From contig CAYVEW010000001.1 in assembly GCA_964450375.1 (NCBI GenBank), positions 9,512 to 73,511 of the forward strand: DNA of 64,000 nucleotides, read 5' to 3'. The stretch's first letter is position 1. Every line of letters begins with the position of its first letter. The notes under the pieces were generated by a model. That model saw only the letters and a list, made by a program, of their open reading frames with translations, made no database searches and had not been told where the DNA came from. This stretch comes from an uncultured Bacteroidales bacterium. GTDB lineage: Bacteria > Bacteroidota > Bacteroidia > Bacteroidales > UBA12077. Positions 29,433-40,017 of the stretch are shown one piece after another. The position numbers and the translations under genes were made by a program.

Positions 29433-31535
29433 TTATTTTTCAATTCCAAGGCTTTTTAATAAAGCATCACTTTTAGGCTCGCGGCCACGGAAAGCAACAT
29501 ACATTTCCATTGCATCTTTAATCCCATTCATAGCAAGCACATTTTCTCTAAATGATTTTGCTGTAGCCTGATCGAAGATATCAGTTTCTTTGAATGCTTC
29601 AAATGCATCGTTATCTAATACGCTAGCCCATGTATACGAATAATACCCGGCATCGTATCCACCCATAATGTGGTTAAAATAGGTAGCTCTGTATCTCGAA
29701 TAAATTTCAGGTATCAAACCAATACTATTAAGATATTCCTTTTCAAATTTCATTACATCCAAATTTGGATCTTCTTCGGTCATCATATGGAATTTAATAT
29801 CAAGTAGAGATGCTGCCAATACTTCTGTCATTCCGAAACCCTGATTAAAATTAGCACTTGCTTTTAATTTTTCAACCAGCTCTTCAGGAATTACTTCGCC
29901 AGTTTTGTAATGTTTAGCATACATCTTTAGAACTTCTGGTTCAAATGCCCAATGCTCCATAATTTGCGATGGAAGCTCAACAAAATCCCAGGCAATATTA
30001 GAAGCACTATATGATGTTTCAGAGAACATTCCGTCTAAGGCATGTCCAAATTCATGAAACATGGTTTCCACTTCGTCAACACTTAACAATGCAGGTTTAT
30101 CGCCAGTCGGGCGAGTAAAATTACATACATTTGTAACTAAAGGATAAATTTCTTCTCCCTCTTGTGTGAATTTATGATCTCGGTATCCACCACACCATGC
30201 ACCGCCACGCTTACTTGCTCTTGGATGCATATCCATAAAGAATAATGCAAGATGCGATCCATCAGCTTCTTTTACTTCATAAACAGTGGTTTCTGGATGT
30301 GGAACAGGAATTCCGCTAATTGGAGTGAAAGTAATTCCATAAAGCTTATTTGCTACATCGAATATTCCTTGCCGAACATTTTCCAGTTCGAAATAAGGTC
30401 GCACTTCACTCTCATCTAAATCATACTTTTCTTTACGCAGTTTTTCGGTGTAATAGAACCAATCGTGTGGTTCCAATTTAAAGTTACCACCTTCTTTTTC
30501 GATCATTGCCTGTAGTGCAGCTCTTTCTTCCTTTACTTTTGGCAATATTCCGTCCCAAAGTTGGTTTAATAAATTAAATACTCTTTCGGGATTTTGAGCC
30601 ATTCGACTTTCTGTTCTGATAGAAGCGTGATTTTCATAACCAAGCAACTTTGCTTTTTTAACCCTTAAGTTTAAGATTTTCTTTAAGATCTCCTTGTTAT
30701 CATATTCATCATCATGATTTCCCTGGTTAACATAGGCGTCATAAATTTCTTTTCTTAACTCGCGATTATCAGCGTACTGTAAAAATGGAATCATACTTGG
30801 CTTTTGAATGGTAAATATCCACTTGCCTTCCATACCTTCCTGAGCAGCAAGTTCAGCAGCTGCCTGTATTGATGATTCTGGCAATCCTGATAAATCTTCT
30901 TCGTTTTCAACAACTAACTTAAAATTATTCACTTCGGCCAACACATTCTGGCTAAATTTTAAGGTTAATCCTGATAATTCCTGGTTAATTTGTTTTAATA
31001 TTTCTTTTTCTGCAGGAGGTAAAGCAGCACCACTTCTGATAAACCCCTTATAACCATTTTCTAATAAGAATAATTGTTCATCAGTTAGATCATACTGATC
31101 TTTATTTTCATAAACGGCCTTTACTCTTTCAAAGTATCTTGGATCAAGGCTTATCTCATCACCATGAGCTGAGAGTTTAGGATAAATTTCCTGAGCTAAA
31201 GCCTGGATTTCATCACTGATATTAACGGAGTTGAACTCACCAAAAACAGTTGCCACTCTTCCTAAAAGTTCACCTGCATAATACGATGCTTCAATCGTAT
31301 TTTTGTAGGTTGGTTCTTCAGGATTAGACAAAATAGCTTCCATTTCTGCTTTATGTTGCTTCATTGCTTCTTCGAAAGCAGGAGCAAAATGCTCGTTTTT
31401 TACTTTATCGAATGGTGGAACTTCATATGGAGTATTCCATTCTGCCAATAATGGATTCACATTATCGGTACTTTTCTGCGTACATGACATTGCCGCCATT
31501 ATTACAACTATTAAGATTAATAATGTTTTTTTCAC
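29433..31535 (-). CDS. dcp: M3-family peptidyl-dipeptidase / oligopeptidase
   Basis: 700 aa with a lipoprotein-type signal (AAMSC). 'HEFGHALDG' zinc motif and 'EFVELPSQIMEHW'. Confidence 0.9.
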   Translation of the reverse strand: MKKTLLILIVVIMAAMSCTQKSTDNVNPLLAEWNTPYEVPPFDKVKNEHFAPAFEEAMKQHKAEMEAILSNPEEPTYKNTIEASYYAGELLGRVATVFGEFNSVNISDEIQALAQEIYPKLSAHGDEISLDPRYFERVKAVYENKDQYDLTDEQLFLLENGYKGFIRSGAALPPAEKEILKQINQELSGLTLKFSQNVLAEVNNFKLVVENEEDLSGLPESSIQAAAELAAQEGMEGKWIFTIQKPSMIPFLQYADNRELRKEIYDAYVNQGNHDDEYDNKEILKKILNLRVKKAKLLGYENHASIRTESRMAQNPERVFNLLNQLWDGILPKVKEERAALQAMIEKEGGNFKLEPHDWFYYTEKLRKEKYDLDESEVRPYFELENVRQGIFDVANKLYGITFTPISGIPVPHPETTVYEVKEADGSHLALFFMDMHPRASKRGGAWCGGYRDHKFTQEGEEIYPLVTNVCNFTRPTGDKPALLSVDEVETMFHEFGHALDGMFSETSYSASNIAWDFVELPSQIMEHWAFEPEVLKMYAKHYKTGEVIPEELVEKLKASANFNQGFGMTEVLAASLLDIKFHMMTEEDPNLDVMKFEKEYLNSIGLIPEIYSRYRATYFNHIMGGYDAGYYSYTWASVLDNDAFEAFKETDIFDQATAKSFRENVLAMNGIKDAMEMYVAFRGREPKSDALLKSLGIEK

Positions 31536-31676
31536 GATTTATTAATTTTTATGGTTAATATTATTGCTTATTTATTAATTTAGTTTTGACTCGTATGTGA
31601 ACTAAGCGTTTAAATTCAAGGCAATAAAAGTATAAATTCTTTATCACAAAACTTATATTAAACACATTTTATTATT

Positions 31677-32123
31677 ATGGTTTTTGATCATATCTCCAAT
31701 GCAAATCAATATTATGGTTTAAATACAGCATTTAAAACTGTATTTGATTTTTTAAAGCAAACTGATTTTATAAATCTTACGGATGGTAAATATCCAATTA
31801 AAAATACAAACTGCATTGCTATTATTAATCGATATAAAACCAAATCAGCAGACGAATGCTTTGCTGAAAGTCATTTAAAAAATATCGATATTCAATATTT
31901 AGTAAAGGGCGAAGAAAAACTGGGTTTTGGCAATATAAATCACTTTACGATGATCGAAAAAGATGTAGATAACGACTTAATAAAATATACCGGCAAACTT
32001 AATTTTATCAGTTTAAAAGAAAACTTCTTTTCCATATTGTTTCCGCAGGATGTTCACATGCCGGGAGTTATTAATGATCAACAGGAAAATGTAATAAAAG
32101 TGGTTGTTAAAATTCCTGTATAA
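31677..32123 (+). CDS. YhcH/YjgK/YiaL family (DUF386) protein
   Basis: 148 aa. 'ESHLKNIDIQYLVKGEEKLGF' and 'FFSILFPQDVHMPG' are typical of the family. Confidence 0.75.
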   Translation: MVFDHISNANQYYGLNTAFKTVFDFLKQTDFINLTDGKYPIKNTNCIAIINRYKTKSADECFAESHLKNIDIQYLVKGEEKLGFGNINHFTMIEKDVDNDLIKYTGKLNFISLKENFFSILFPQDVHMPGVINDQQENVIKVVVKIPV

Positions 32124-32155
32124 AAAAAGTCCCACAATGGTGAGACTTCTTTTTA
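32122..32155. terminator. Probable bidirectional terminator between the convergent YhcH-family and csp genes
   Basis: Stem AAGTCCCAC (32027+100 numbering: 32127-32135) / GTGAGACTT (32140-32148) with one mismatch. It is flanked by A7 upstream and CTTTTT downstream. Confidence 0.55.
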
Positions 32156-32174
32156 ATGCATTAAATATTTTAGA

Positions 32175-32366
32175 CTAAGCTAATTTTACATTTACCGCAT
32201 TTAATCCTTTTTTGCCTTCTTGCAGTTCAAAAGTTACTTCATCGTCTTCATTAACTTTGTCTACTAAGCCCGAAGCATGTACAAAATACTCTTTGTTTGT
32301 TTCTTCATCTTTAATGAATCCATAACCTTTTGACTCATTAAAAAATTTAACTGTTCCTTTATTCAT
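32175..32366 (-). CDS. Cold-shock protein (CspA family)
   Basis: 63 aa. 'GTVKFFNESKGYGFI' (RNP-1) and 'FVHAS' (RNP-2). Confidence 0.95.
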   Translation of the reverse strand: MNKGTVKFFNESKGYGFIKDEETNKEYFVHASGLVDKVNEDDEVTFELQEGKKGLNAVNVKLA

Positions 32367-32437
32367 AATATTAATTTAAAAATTCAATTAAATTTACGAG
32401 ACAATTTTAGATTTTCCAATTATTTTAACAATTTACT

Positions 32438-33616
32438 TTATGCAAGTTTCACTTTTAAGCCTTCTCGCAACATATTTGGGATATGAAATTTTTCTGGTGT
32501 AAAATTCTCTCCAATAAAATTCCTTAAATATTCCAGGTACTTTACTTTGTAATAATCAATCCTTAAATCATTGATTACTTCTGCAACATTTTGTATTTTG
32601 TTTGCCTGGAATGCTTTTGTTCCGGCAAAAGCAAATCCTTCGTCCATATTGCCTTTTGCTGCATTGTGTAAAGCTTGTGCAATACAATAAGGCACATTCT
32701 TAGAATCACATGATTTTAAACATTTCCAATAACATTTAAAGGGTTTTGTTTTACCAGAATTAATCTGATCGACAAATTTATTACGTATCGCTCTTCCCGG
32801 CAATCCTACAGGGCTGTCGATAATTGTTATATCTTCTTCTTTACTATTAATATATGCATTTTTAAACTCGATAGAAGCATCACATTCTTTGGTTGGAACA
32901 AATCGCGATCCCATTTTTACGCCTTTTGCTCCTGCTTGCATAATCTCATATATATCTTTCCCATTAAATATTCCACCGCCAGCAATCACCGGAATTTCTT
33001 TTTGAAAATCGTTTTCAAAGTTTTTAAGTTCCGCAATGGTTTCCTTCACAATAGACGATAAACTTGTGGTTTCGCCTTGCAAGTCAGCTTTTTTAAAACC
33101 TAAATGTCCGCCTGCCAAAGGACCTTCAACAACCACAGCATCGGGTACATGATTATAAGTTTTAGCCCAATATGAGAATATGAGTCTTGCAGCTTTCGCT
33201 GATGATACTTTGGGTATTATTTTAGTATGAATCTGATCAAAGCCTTTATCTAATATATATTGAGGCATTTTTAACGGTAAACCTGCACCCAGAATAATAA
33301 CATCAATTTTTTCTTCTAAAGCAACGGTAAACAATTCGTCGTAGTCAGTAACTGCTGTCATTAGGTTCACGCCTAAAACTCCTTTTGTTTTACTTCTGGC
33401 TTTTCGTATTTCCTTTTTTAAGGCTCTTTTATTTGCTTCCCGATAGTTTTTCATGTAATCGGGTTCGGTCATTCCAATTGCAACTGCTGAAATTACTCCA
33501 ATCCCACCTGCATTAGCAACTGCAGAAGCAAGTCCAGATAATGATATCGCTACTCCCATTCCTCCTTGAACAATGGGAAGCCTTGCGGTTAAATTCCCTA
33601 TTTTTAATGGATTCAT
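32438..33616 (-). CDS. NAD(P)H-dependent flavin oxidoreductase (nitronate monooxygenase / FabK-like family)
   Basis: 392 aa. 'PIVQGGMGVAIS', 'VVEGPLAGGH', 'PVIAGGGI' and 'GVKMGSRF'. Confidence 0.8.
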   Translation of the reverse strand: MNPLKIGNLTARLPIVQGGMGVAISLSGLASAVANAGGIGVISAVAIGMTEPDYMKNYREANKRALKKEIRKARSKTKGVLGVNLMTAVTDYDELFTVALEEKIDVIILGAGLPLKMPQYILDKGFDQIHTKIIPKVSSAKAARLIFSYWAKTYNHVPDAVVVEGPLAGGHLGFKKADLQGETTSLSSIVKETIAELKNFENDFQKEIPVIAGGGIFNGKDIYEIMQAGAKGVKMGSRFVPTKECDASIEFKNAYINSKEEDITIIDSPVGLPGRAIRNKFVDQINSGKTKPFKCYWKCLKSCDSKNVPYCIAQALHNAAKGNMDEGFAFAGTKAFQANKIQNVAEVINDLRIDYYKVKYLEYLRNFIGENFTPEKFHIPNMLREGLKVKLA

Positions 33617-33672
33617 AATAATCTTAAATTAAATTCTACCGCAAAACTACTATGATTAATTAGGGTAAAATG

Positions 33673-33708
33673 AAAAAAGGGTTTAACGATCTAAAAAAGG
33701 GATTTAAC
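33673..33708. repeat. Two direct repeats AAAAAAGGG(T/A)TTTAAC, start-to-start spacing 20 nt
   Basis: Copy 1 at 33673-33687 (AAAAAAGGGTTTAAC). Copy 2 at 33693-33708 (AAAAAAGGGATTTAAC). They lie 57-92 nt upstream of the minus-strand oxidoreductase ATG (33616) and just downstream of the LytTR gene stop. Confidence 0.6.
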
Positions 33709-33769
33709 TAAGCCTTTAGGGGTGAAAAATTGAAATACAGTGGCGAATACTTTTATCTCAGATGTAAAA

Positions 33770-34606
33770 TTAGATCAAATGTTTTAGTTTATATGCAAAA
33801 TTCTTTGAAACCGGAACAGGAAAATCGAGTCCTTCGAAAAAGATTTTATATCCCTGCAAGTTTCCTTCAATCTTATCAATAAAATTTATATTAATGATAA
33901 AGGAACGATGACATTTAAAAATGAAATTATGCTCTTGCAATAAATCTTCGGCACTTTTTAAACTCGATCGAATCATATGGCTTTTTATCACATCGCCTTC
34001 TTTCCAGAAAATTTCGATGTAATTATTCGCTGCTCTGATTAACAATAGTAAGCGTACCTTTATGGACAGATTGTCTTTTACATACTCCGATTTAAAATGT
34101 ATTAACTTATCTTCAATGGATTTATTATCTTTTAATTTTTTGTTAATCCCTTCAGCCAACTTTAAATGTGATCGAAGCATCCGGTTTCGGTTCACAATAA
34201 TGATACCCGTAATCGGAATAATTGCAATGACAATAAGCCCGAGTACCATTTTAAAATCTATTGCAAAAATTCCTAATACCTTATAATAAAGGTAGTATCC
34301 AACCGATATAGTGGATAGTATCCATAAATTCCAAAATATCTCTTTTTTAATATTCCAGATTCTTTTTATAAATATTCCGGGAAACAAACTGGGTAAAATT
34401 AACAAATTCAGGCTAAGTGATAGAAACGTAATTGCTGCAAGGCCTAAAACTACGCTAAGCTTTTCCTTACCACTCATTAAATTCACATCGAGTGGTTGAA
34501 ATAAATATAGAAATGCCAACACACCTATACTAATAAAAAATATAAGTTTACTGTTATATTTTAAATCATCGTTAAAGGGATATGGTTTATTTAAGAACTT
34601 GAACAT
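33770..34606 (-). CDS. Membrane-anchored LytTR-domain DNA-binding protein (no receiver domain)
   Basis: 278 aa with 4 N-terminal TM segments. C-terminal LytTR-like region ('IRAANNYIEIFWKEG...IRSSLKSAE...FIFKCHRSFIININFIDKIEG'). Confidence 0.75.
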   Translation of the reverse strand: MFKFLNKPYPFNDDLKYNSKLIFFISIGVLAFLYLFQPLDVNLMSGKEKLSVVLGLAAITFLSLSLNLLILPSLFPGIFIKRIWNIKKEIFWNLWILSTISVGYYLYYKVLGIFAIDFKMVLGLIVIAIIPITGIIIVNRNRMLRSHLKLAEGINKKLKDNKSIEDKLIHFKSEYVKDNLSIKVRLLLLIRAANNYIEIFWKEGDVIKSHMIRSSLKSAEDLLQEHNFIFKCHRSFIININFIDKIEGNLQGYKIFFEGLDFPVPVSKNFAYKLKHLI

Positions 34607-34632
34607 TTTATAAGTTTTATTAGTAAAATATT

Positions 34633-35238
34633 TTAGTTAAGTGTAGCAATAAAATTTGTGATCCCATCAAAAACTAACTGTAAACCTATAGTTGCAACTA
34701 TAAGGCCTGTTATTCTGATTAAAGCATTCATGATATTTATTTTTGAAAGAAAAGTTCCAATTTTTTTTGCATAAAGCATGAGTAATAAATTCAGGCACAG
34801 CGCTATAAATATGGCTATAATTGTATAAAATCTTCCATAATGGGCTGGAAAAGTAACTGCGGCTGTAATAGTAGCCGGTCCTGCAATCATAGGCATTGCA
34901 ATTGGAACAGTTAATATATCATCCAGTTTTATATTTTGGTCGATTTTAATGAGTGCTCCTTTTTGTAGCCCGTCAATACCATTATAAAAAAGAACAACTC
35001 CACAAGTTACTTTAAAAGCATATAGCTGAATATGAAATACATAATTAAAAATCAGTTCGCCCAAGAATAAAAAGAACACCAAAATTAAAAAGGCTGTAAA
35101 AGATGATTTTATAGACAAATATTTAAGTTGTTTATCATCAAATTGATGCTGCAAAGATGTAACTACCAGTATTTTATGCACCGGATTAACCAGGGCAAAA
35201 AATGCAACCAAAGCACTTGTTAATAATTTTAGTTCCAT
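34633..35238 (-). CDS. MarC-family (NAAT) membrane protein
   Basis: 201 aa with 6 TM segments. 'FFALVNPV' start and 'PIAMPMIAGPATIT' motif. Confidence 0.8.
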   Translation of the reverse strand: MELKLLTSALVAFFALVNPVHKILVVTSLQHQFDDKQLKYLSIKSSFTAFLILVFFLFLGELIFNYVFHIQLYAFKVTCGVVLFYNGIDGLQKGALIKIDQNIKLDDILTVPIAMPMIAGPATITAAVTFPAHYGRFYTIIAIFIALCLNLLLMLYAKKIGTFLSKINIMNALIRITGLIVATIGLQLVFDGITNFIATLN

Positions 35239-35250
35239 TGTAATATTCTA

Positions 35251-35928
35251 TTAGCCCACCCCATTTAAAAAGTAGTTCCACAAAGAATCGTCGGGAGGTT
35301 TTGCTATAATACTAATTTCTTCCTTTCTTACCGGGTGAATAAAATCAATGCGTCGTGCATGCAAACTTATTCCACCATCCGGATTCGATCTTGGAAAACC
35401 ATATTTTAAATCTCCTTTTATCGGGCATCCTATTTTTGCAAGCTGACAACGTATTTGATGATGACGCCCGGTTTGCAAATCGACTTCTAATAAATAATAA
35501 TTATCGGCATTTGCAATTAATTTATATGATAATACAGCTAATTTCGAATCCTTTGTTTCCTTATCGTAAGCAAACGATTTGTTCTTTTTTTGGTCGCGAA
35601 TCAGATAATGTTTTAAAGTTGCCTGATCTTTTTCTGGTTTATTCTTAACGATTGCCCAATACGTTTTCTTAACCGCTTTGTTTGAGAACATCTCATTCAG
35701 CCTTGTTAAAGATTTGCTCGTTCGTGCAAAAAGCACTACCCCACTCACAGGCCTGTCTAACCGGTGGGTTACCCCCAAATAAACTGCTCCCGGTTTATTG
35801 AATTTATTCTTGATGTAAGTTTTTACCTTCTCCGATAAGGGAACATCACCTGTTTTATCACCCTGCACCAAATCTGATGAATTCTTATTTACAGCAATAA
35901 TGTGATTATCTTCAAACAGAATTTCCAT
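35251..35928 (-). CDS. RluA-family pseudouridine synthase
   Basis: 225 aa. 'HRLDRPVSGVVLFA' catalytic Asp motif and 'GRHHQIRCQLA'. Confidence 0.9.
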   Translation of the reverse strand: MEILFEDNHIIAVNKNSSDLVQGDKTGDVPLSEKVKTYIKNKFNKPGAVYLGVTHRLDRPVSGVVLFARTSKSLTRLNEMFSNKAVKKTYWAIVKNKPEKDQATLKHYLIRDQKKNKSFAYDKETKDSKLAVLSYKLIANADNYYLLEVDLQTGRHHQIRCQLAKIGCPIKGDLKYGFPRSNPDGGISLHARRIDFIHPVRKEEISIIAKPPDDSLWNYFLNGVG

Positions 35929-36006
35929 ATTGTTACTCCATTAATAAAATGTCTCTAAAAAAACGAATTTACAGTTCAGATCCGGTTAATAGTATCCTTT
36001 TGATGA

Positions 36007-36822
36007 TTAATACTGCTCTCTTTCATTGGGGAAATCAAGCGTCTTAACATCATTAATGTATGATTTTACAGAACCCTTAATTTCTTCGAATAAATTATGA
36101 TAACGTCGTAAAAATCTAGGGGAAAATTCCTGAGTAATACCTAGCATATCGTGCAATACAAGAACCTGTCCATCTACTTCATGCCCTGCCCCAATACCTA
36201 TAATCGGAATGGTTAACTCTTGTGCAACTTTTGCTGCGAGTTTAGCTGGAATTTTTTCTAACACAATAGCAAAACAACCTGCTTCCTCCAACTTATGCGC
36301 ATCTTCGATTAATTTTTTTGCTTCTTCTTCTTCTCGAGCGCGAACTACGTAGGTTCCAAATTTATGTATCGATTGTGGCGTTAAACCCAGATGACCCATT
36401 ACCGGTATACCTGCCGATAAAATCCGATGAACCGACTCAAGTATTTCACTTCCGCCTTCAATTTTAACTGCATGTCCACCAGTTTGTTTCATCATGCGAA
36501 TAGCATTTGTTAATGCTTCTTTGGAATTTCCCTGGTAAGAGCCAAAAGGTAAATCAACAACCACTAATGCACGGCTAACCCCACGAACAACCGATTTAGC
36601 GTGATAAATCATTTCATCCATTGTAATGGGTAAGGTCGTTTCGTTCCCCGCCATAACATTCGATGCAGAATCACCAACTAAAATAACATCGATTTCTGCT
36701 TTATCTAAAATACGAGCCATTGAAAAATCATAAGCCGTAAGCATTGCTATTTTTTCGCCACGTAATTTCATTTCATAAAGTACGTGCGTAGTTACTCGCT
36801 TAATTTTTTGATGAACTGACAT
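36007..36822 (-). CDS. panB: 3-methyl-2-oxobutanoate hydroxymethyltransferase
   Basis: 271 aa. 'MLTAYD', 'ILVGDS', '[10 protein letters not shown]', 'VKIEGG' and 'GHLGLTPQS'. Confidence 0.95.
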   Translation of the reverse strand: MSVHQKIKRVTTHVLYEMKLRGEKIAMLTAYDFSMARILDKAEIDVILVGDSASNVMAGNETTLPITMDEMIYHAKSVVRGVSRALVVVDLPFGSYQGNSKEALTNAIRMMKQTGGHAVKIEGGSEILESVHRILSAGIPVMGHLGLTPQSIHKFGTYVVRAREEEEAKKLIEDAHKLEEAGCFAIVLEKIPAKLAAKVAQELTIPIIGIGAGHEVDGQVLVLHDMLGITQEFSPRFLRRYHNLFEEIKGSVKSYINDVKTLDFPNEREQY

Positions 36823-37108
36823 AATATTAAATTTGATTTAATGGCAAAGCTACAAATAATACCAAATAAATTCCCCTATTTTTCAATAAACAAATACAAG
36901 ATGATAAAACTAACATATAATACCAAGGTACAACTGTCTTTTTGTCACAAAAACCGGCCATGCACATATTCAATCTTACTAATTGATGTCATTATTGCAT
37001 TTTTAAACCTAATTCAACATATGGCATAAACATTGATTAAATGAATACGGATTTGAAATTATAGAAATCAAAAGATATTATAATAACATTAAAAAATAAT
37101 TAAACGAA

Positions 37109-39025
37109 ATGGGTAAAATAATTGGAATAGACTTAGGAACAACAAACTCTTGTGTTTCGGTAATGGAAGGAAACGAACCTGTTGTTATACCTAACAGCGA
37201 AGGGAAAAGAACAACTCCTTCAATTGTCGCTTTTATCGAGAATGGTGAGCGTAAAGTTGGTGATCCTGCAAAACGTCAGGCCATCACAAACTCTACTAAA
37301 ACAATATCATCAATAAAAAGATTCATGGGTGAAACTTTTGATAAAGTTCAAAAAGAAATAAACCGTGTTTCATATAAAGTGGTTAAAGGAGAAAACAATA
37401 CACCACGAGTGCAAATTGATGACAGGCAATATTCTCCACAAGAAATCTCAGCTATGGTGCTTCAGAAAATGAAGAAAACTGCCGAAGATTATCTTGGACA
37501 AGAAGTTACCGAAGCCGTAATTACTGTACCTGCGTATTTTAATGACTCACAACGTCAGGCAACAAAAGAAGCAGGAGAAATAGCAGGATTAGACGTTAAA
37601 CGTATTATCAATGAGCCAACAGCAGCATCTTTAGCTTATGGTTTAGATAAAAAAGACAGAGAAATTACTGTTGCTGTTTTCGACTTAGGTGGTGGTACTT
37701 TCGATATTTCTGTTTTAGAATTGGGTGATGGTGTATTTGAAGTAAAATCGACCAATGGAGATACTCACTTAGGTGGTGATGACTTTGACGAAGTTATTAT
37801 TGACTGGTTAGCTGAAGAATTCTTAAAAGATGAAGGCATCGATTTAAGAAAAGATCCAATGGCTCTTCAAAGATTAAAGGAAGCAGCTGAAAAAGCAAAG
37901 ATTGAATTATCAAGTTCAACCAGCACTGAAATTAATCTGCCGTATATTATGCCAGTTGATGGAGTTCCAAAACACCTGGTAAAAACTTTATCGAGATCTA
38001 AATTCGAACAACTAGCAGATAAACTAATACAGGCTACCCTTGCTCCTTGTAAAAAAGCATTGAGTGATGCAGGAATGCAACCATCGAATATCGATGAAGT
38101 AATTCTAGTGGGTGGATCAACTCGTATTCCTGCAATTCAGGAAGTTGTTGAGAAATTTTTCGGCAAAAAACCATCAAAAGGAGTAAATCCCGACGAGGTT
38201 GTGGCTGTTGGAGCTGCTATTCAAGGTGGTGTTTTAACCGGTGACGTTAAAGATGTATTATTATTAGATGTTACACCTTTATCATTAGGTATTGAAACCA
38301 TGGGTGGTGTAATGACAAAATTAATCGAGTCGAATACAACCATTCCGACTAAAAAATCGGAAACATTTACAACAGCAGCAGACAATCAACCATCGGTTGA
38401 GATACATGTATTGCAGGGGGAAAGGCCAATGGCTAAAGATAATAAAACGATAGGACGTTTCCACTTGGATGGAATTCCACCTGCACCACGCGGTGTACCA
38501 CAAGTTGAAGTTTCGTTCGATATTGATGCAAATGGTATTATTCACGTAACTGCTAAAGATAAAGCTACAAACAAAGAACAAAGTATACGTATTGAATCAT
38601 CATCTGGTTTAACGGATGAAGAAATCAGAAAAATGCGCGACGAAGCTAAAGCTAACGAAGAAGCAGACAAACAAGTTCGTGAAAAAGTTGATAAAATTAA
38701 TGCTGCCGACAGTTTAATTTTCTCGACAGAAAAGCAACTAAAAGAGTTCGGAGACAAATTGTCAGCTGACAAAAAAGCAAATATCGAAAAAGCTTTAGCC
38801 GACTTGAAAGAAGTTCATAAAAAAGAAGACATAGCTGAAATTGAAGCTAAAACAGAAGCTTTGAATAATGCATGGAAAGAAGCATCAGAAGAAATGTACA
38901 AAGCATCGCAAGAAGCTGGTGCTCAACCTGGCGGCGAGCAGAACGCTCAGAATGCCGATGCACAAGATGGTGGCAAAAAAGACGACGGAGAAGTTACAGA
39001 TGTTGACTTTGAAGAAGTAAAATAA
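37109..39025 (+). CDS. dnaK: Molecular chaperone DnaK (Hsp70)
   Basis: 638 aa. '[12 protein letters not shown]', '[10 protein letters not shown]' and '[11 protein letters not shown]'. Confidence 0.98.
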   Translation: MGKIIGIDLGTTNSCVSVMEGNEPVVIPNSEGKRTTPSIVAFIENGERKVGDPAKRQAITNSTKTISSIKRFMGETFDKVQKEINRVSYKVVKGENNTPRVQIDDRQYSPQEISAMVLQKMKKTAEDYLGQEVTEAVITVPAYFNDSQRQATKEAGEIAGLDVKRIINEPTAASLAYGLDKKDREITVAVFDLGGGTFDISVLELGDGVFEVKSTNGDTHLGGDDFDEVIIDWLAEEFLKDEGIDLRKDPMALQRLKEAAEKAKIELSSSTSTEINLPYIMPVDGVPKHLVKTLSRSKFEQLADKLIQATLAPCKKALSDAGMQPSNIDEVILVGGSTRIPAIQEVVEKFFGKKPSKGVNPDEVVAVGAAIQGGVLTGDVKDVLLLDVTPLSLGIETMGGVMTKLIESNTTIPTKKSETFTTAADNQPSVEIHVLQGERPMAKDNKTIGRFHLDGIPPAPRGVPQVEVSFDIDANGIIHVTAKDKATNKEQSIRIESSSGLTDEEIRKMRDEAKANEEADKQVREKVDKINAADSLIFSTEKQLKEFGDKLSADKKANIEKALADLKEVHKKEDIAEIEAKTEALNNAWKEASEEMYKASQEAGAQPGGEQNAQNADAQDGGKKDDGEVTDVDFEEVK

Positions 39026-39049
39026 ATAATCAATCATCAAAAAAACAAA

Positions 39050-39079
39050 AGAGCTCTCAAAACGAGAGCTCTTTTTTTG
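39050..39079 (+). terminator. Rho-independent terminator of dnaK
   Basis: AGAGCTCTC (39050-39058) / GAGAGCTCT (39064-39072), 5-nt loop, then T7. Confidence 0.9.
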
Positions 39080-39104
39080 TGCTTGCAACTGACCGCAAAT
39101 TCAT

Positions 39105-39112
39105 TATTTTTG
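39105..39112 (+). promoter_or_regulatory. Candidate -7 promoter box TATTTTTG
   Basis: Exact TAnnTTTG match 55 nt upstream of the ATG at 39167. A TTTG occurs 25 nt upstream, which is longer than the usual spacing. Confidence 0.3.
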
Positions 39113-39166
39113 TAAGTAACAAAAACATGTTAAGCTTAAACGTTCATAAAAAATAATAAAATAAAT

Positions 39167-39970
39167 ATGAAAATCTGCAAAATAATAATTACCCTGGCTT
39201 TTATAACTGGTAATATTCTGTTTTCCTATGCCCAAACAAATCAGAAGCACAATCAGGTTGATGATAAAGGTAACAAACAAGGATATTGGGAAAAACATTA
39301 CAGTAATGGGAATCTGCAATACACCGGCTTTTTTAAAAACAATAAACCAGTTGGAATTTTTAAACGATTCGACGAAGATGGTGTTTTAAAAGTTGAATTA
39401 AACTATACCGAAAACTCCGACAAAGTATTTGCAAAATTCTATTATCCCGAGTTAAAACTACAAGCAGAAGGTTATTACACTCAGCAAAAAAAAGACAGTA
39501 TATGGAATTATTATTCTATTGACGGTTTTCTGATTAACTCAGTACCATACGAAAATGATCAGATCCACGGAACCGAAAAGAAATTTTTTGAGAGCGGTAG
39601 TATTTACGAAACATCGGAATGGAAAAACGGAGTAATCGATGGTTTAACCATCCGCTACTACGAAAACGGCACGGTGATGATGCGAATTTTTTACATGAAC
39701 GGAATAATGGATGGTGAATATAATGTATATGGTATTGATGAAAATATCTTGATACAGGGCCAATACGAAAACAACCGAAGAGAAGGAAAATGGATTTATT
39801 TTAAAGAAGATGGAAGCATTGAAAAAGAAATAAATTACATAAACGGGAAAGCCGAGAATGAAGAGGAGCTCAAGAAATTAGAAACCGAATACATTGAAAT
39901 GTTGGAAAAAAACAAAGGAAAATTTCAGGATCCGCGAGATCAAATGTACAATGAAATTCCCCCTATGTAA
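39167..39970 (+). CDS. Secreted MORN-variant repeat protein (YwqK-like)
   Basis: 267 aa with a signal peptide. Repeated 'G.W..YY.NG....E..Y.NG...G' units (GYWEKHYSNGNLQYTG, GTEKKFFESGSIYETSEWKNGVIDG, GKWIYFKEDGSIEKEINYINGK). Confidence 0.65.
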   Translation: MKICKIIITLAFITGNILFSYAQTNQKHNQVDDKGNKQGYWEKHYSNGNLQYTGFFKNNKPVGIFKRFDEDGVLKVELNYTENSDKVFAKFYYPELKLQAEGYYTQQKKDSIWNYYSIDGFLINSVPYENDQIHGTEKKFFESGSIYETSEWKNGVIDGLTIRYYENGTVMMRIFYMNGIMDGEYNVYGIDENILIQGQYENNRREGKWIYFKEDGSIEKEINYINGKAENEEELKKLETEYIEMLEKNKGKFQDPRDQMYNEIPPM

Positions 39971-40017
39971 TTGTTTTAAAATAAAATCATTAACTTGATA
40001 AAAAAAATTGATTTTAC

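Noticed and set aside
36841-37029. 62-aa ORF filling the panB-dnaK divergent intergenic region
   Set aside because: This is the only ORF in the spacer, but I recognise no domain or signal and the sequence is low-complexity and AT-driven. The region is more plausibly promoter DNA. A 7-bp inverted repeat TTTTTGTcACAAAAA at 36939-36953 lies inside it. Expression data would be needed to support this ORF.
36823-37108. Search for a CIRCE (TTAGCACTC-N9-GAGTGCTAA) heat-shock operator upstream of dnaK
   Set aside because: Not present, and no convincing TAnnTTTG box was found either. No promoter is called.
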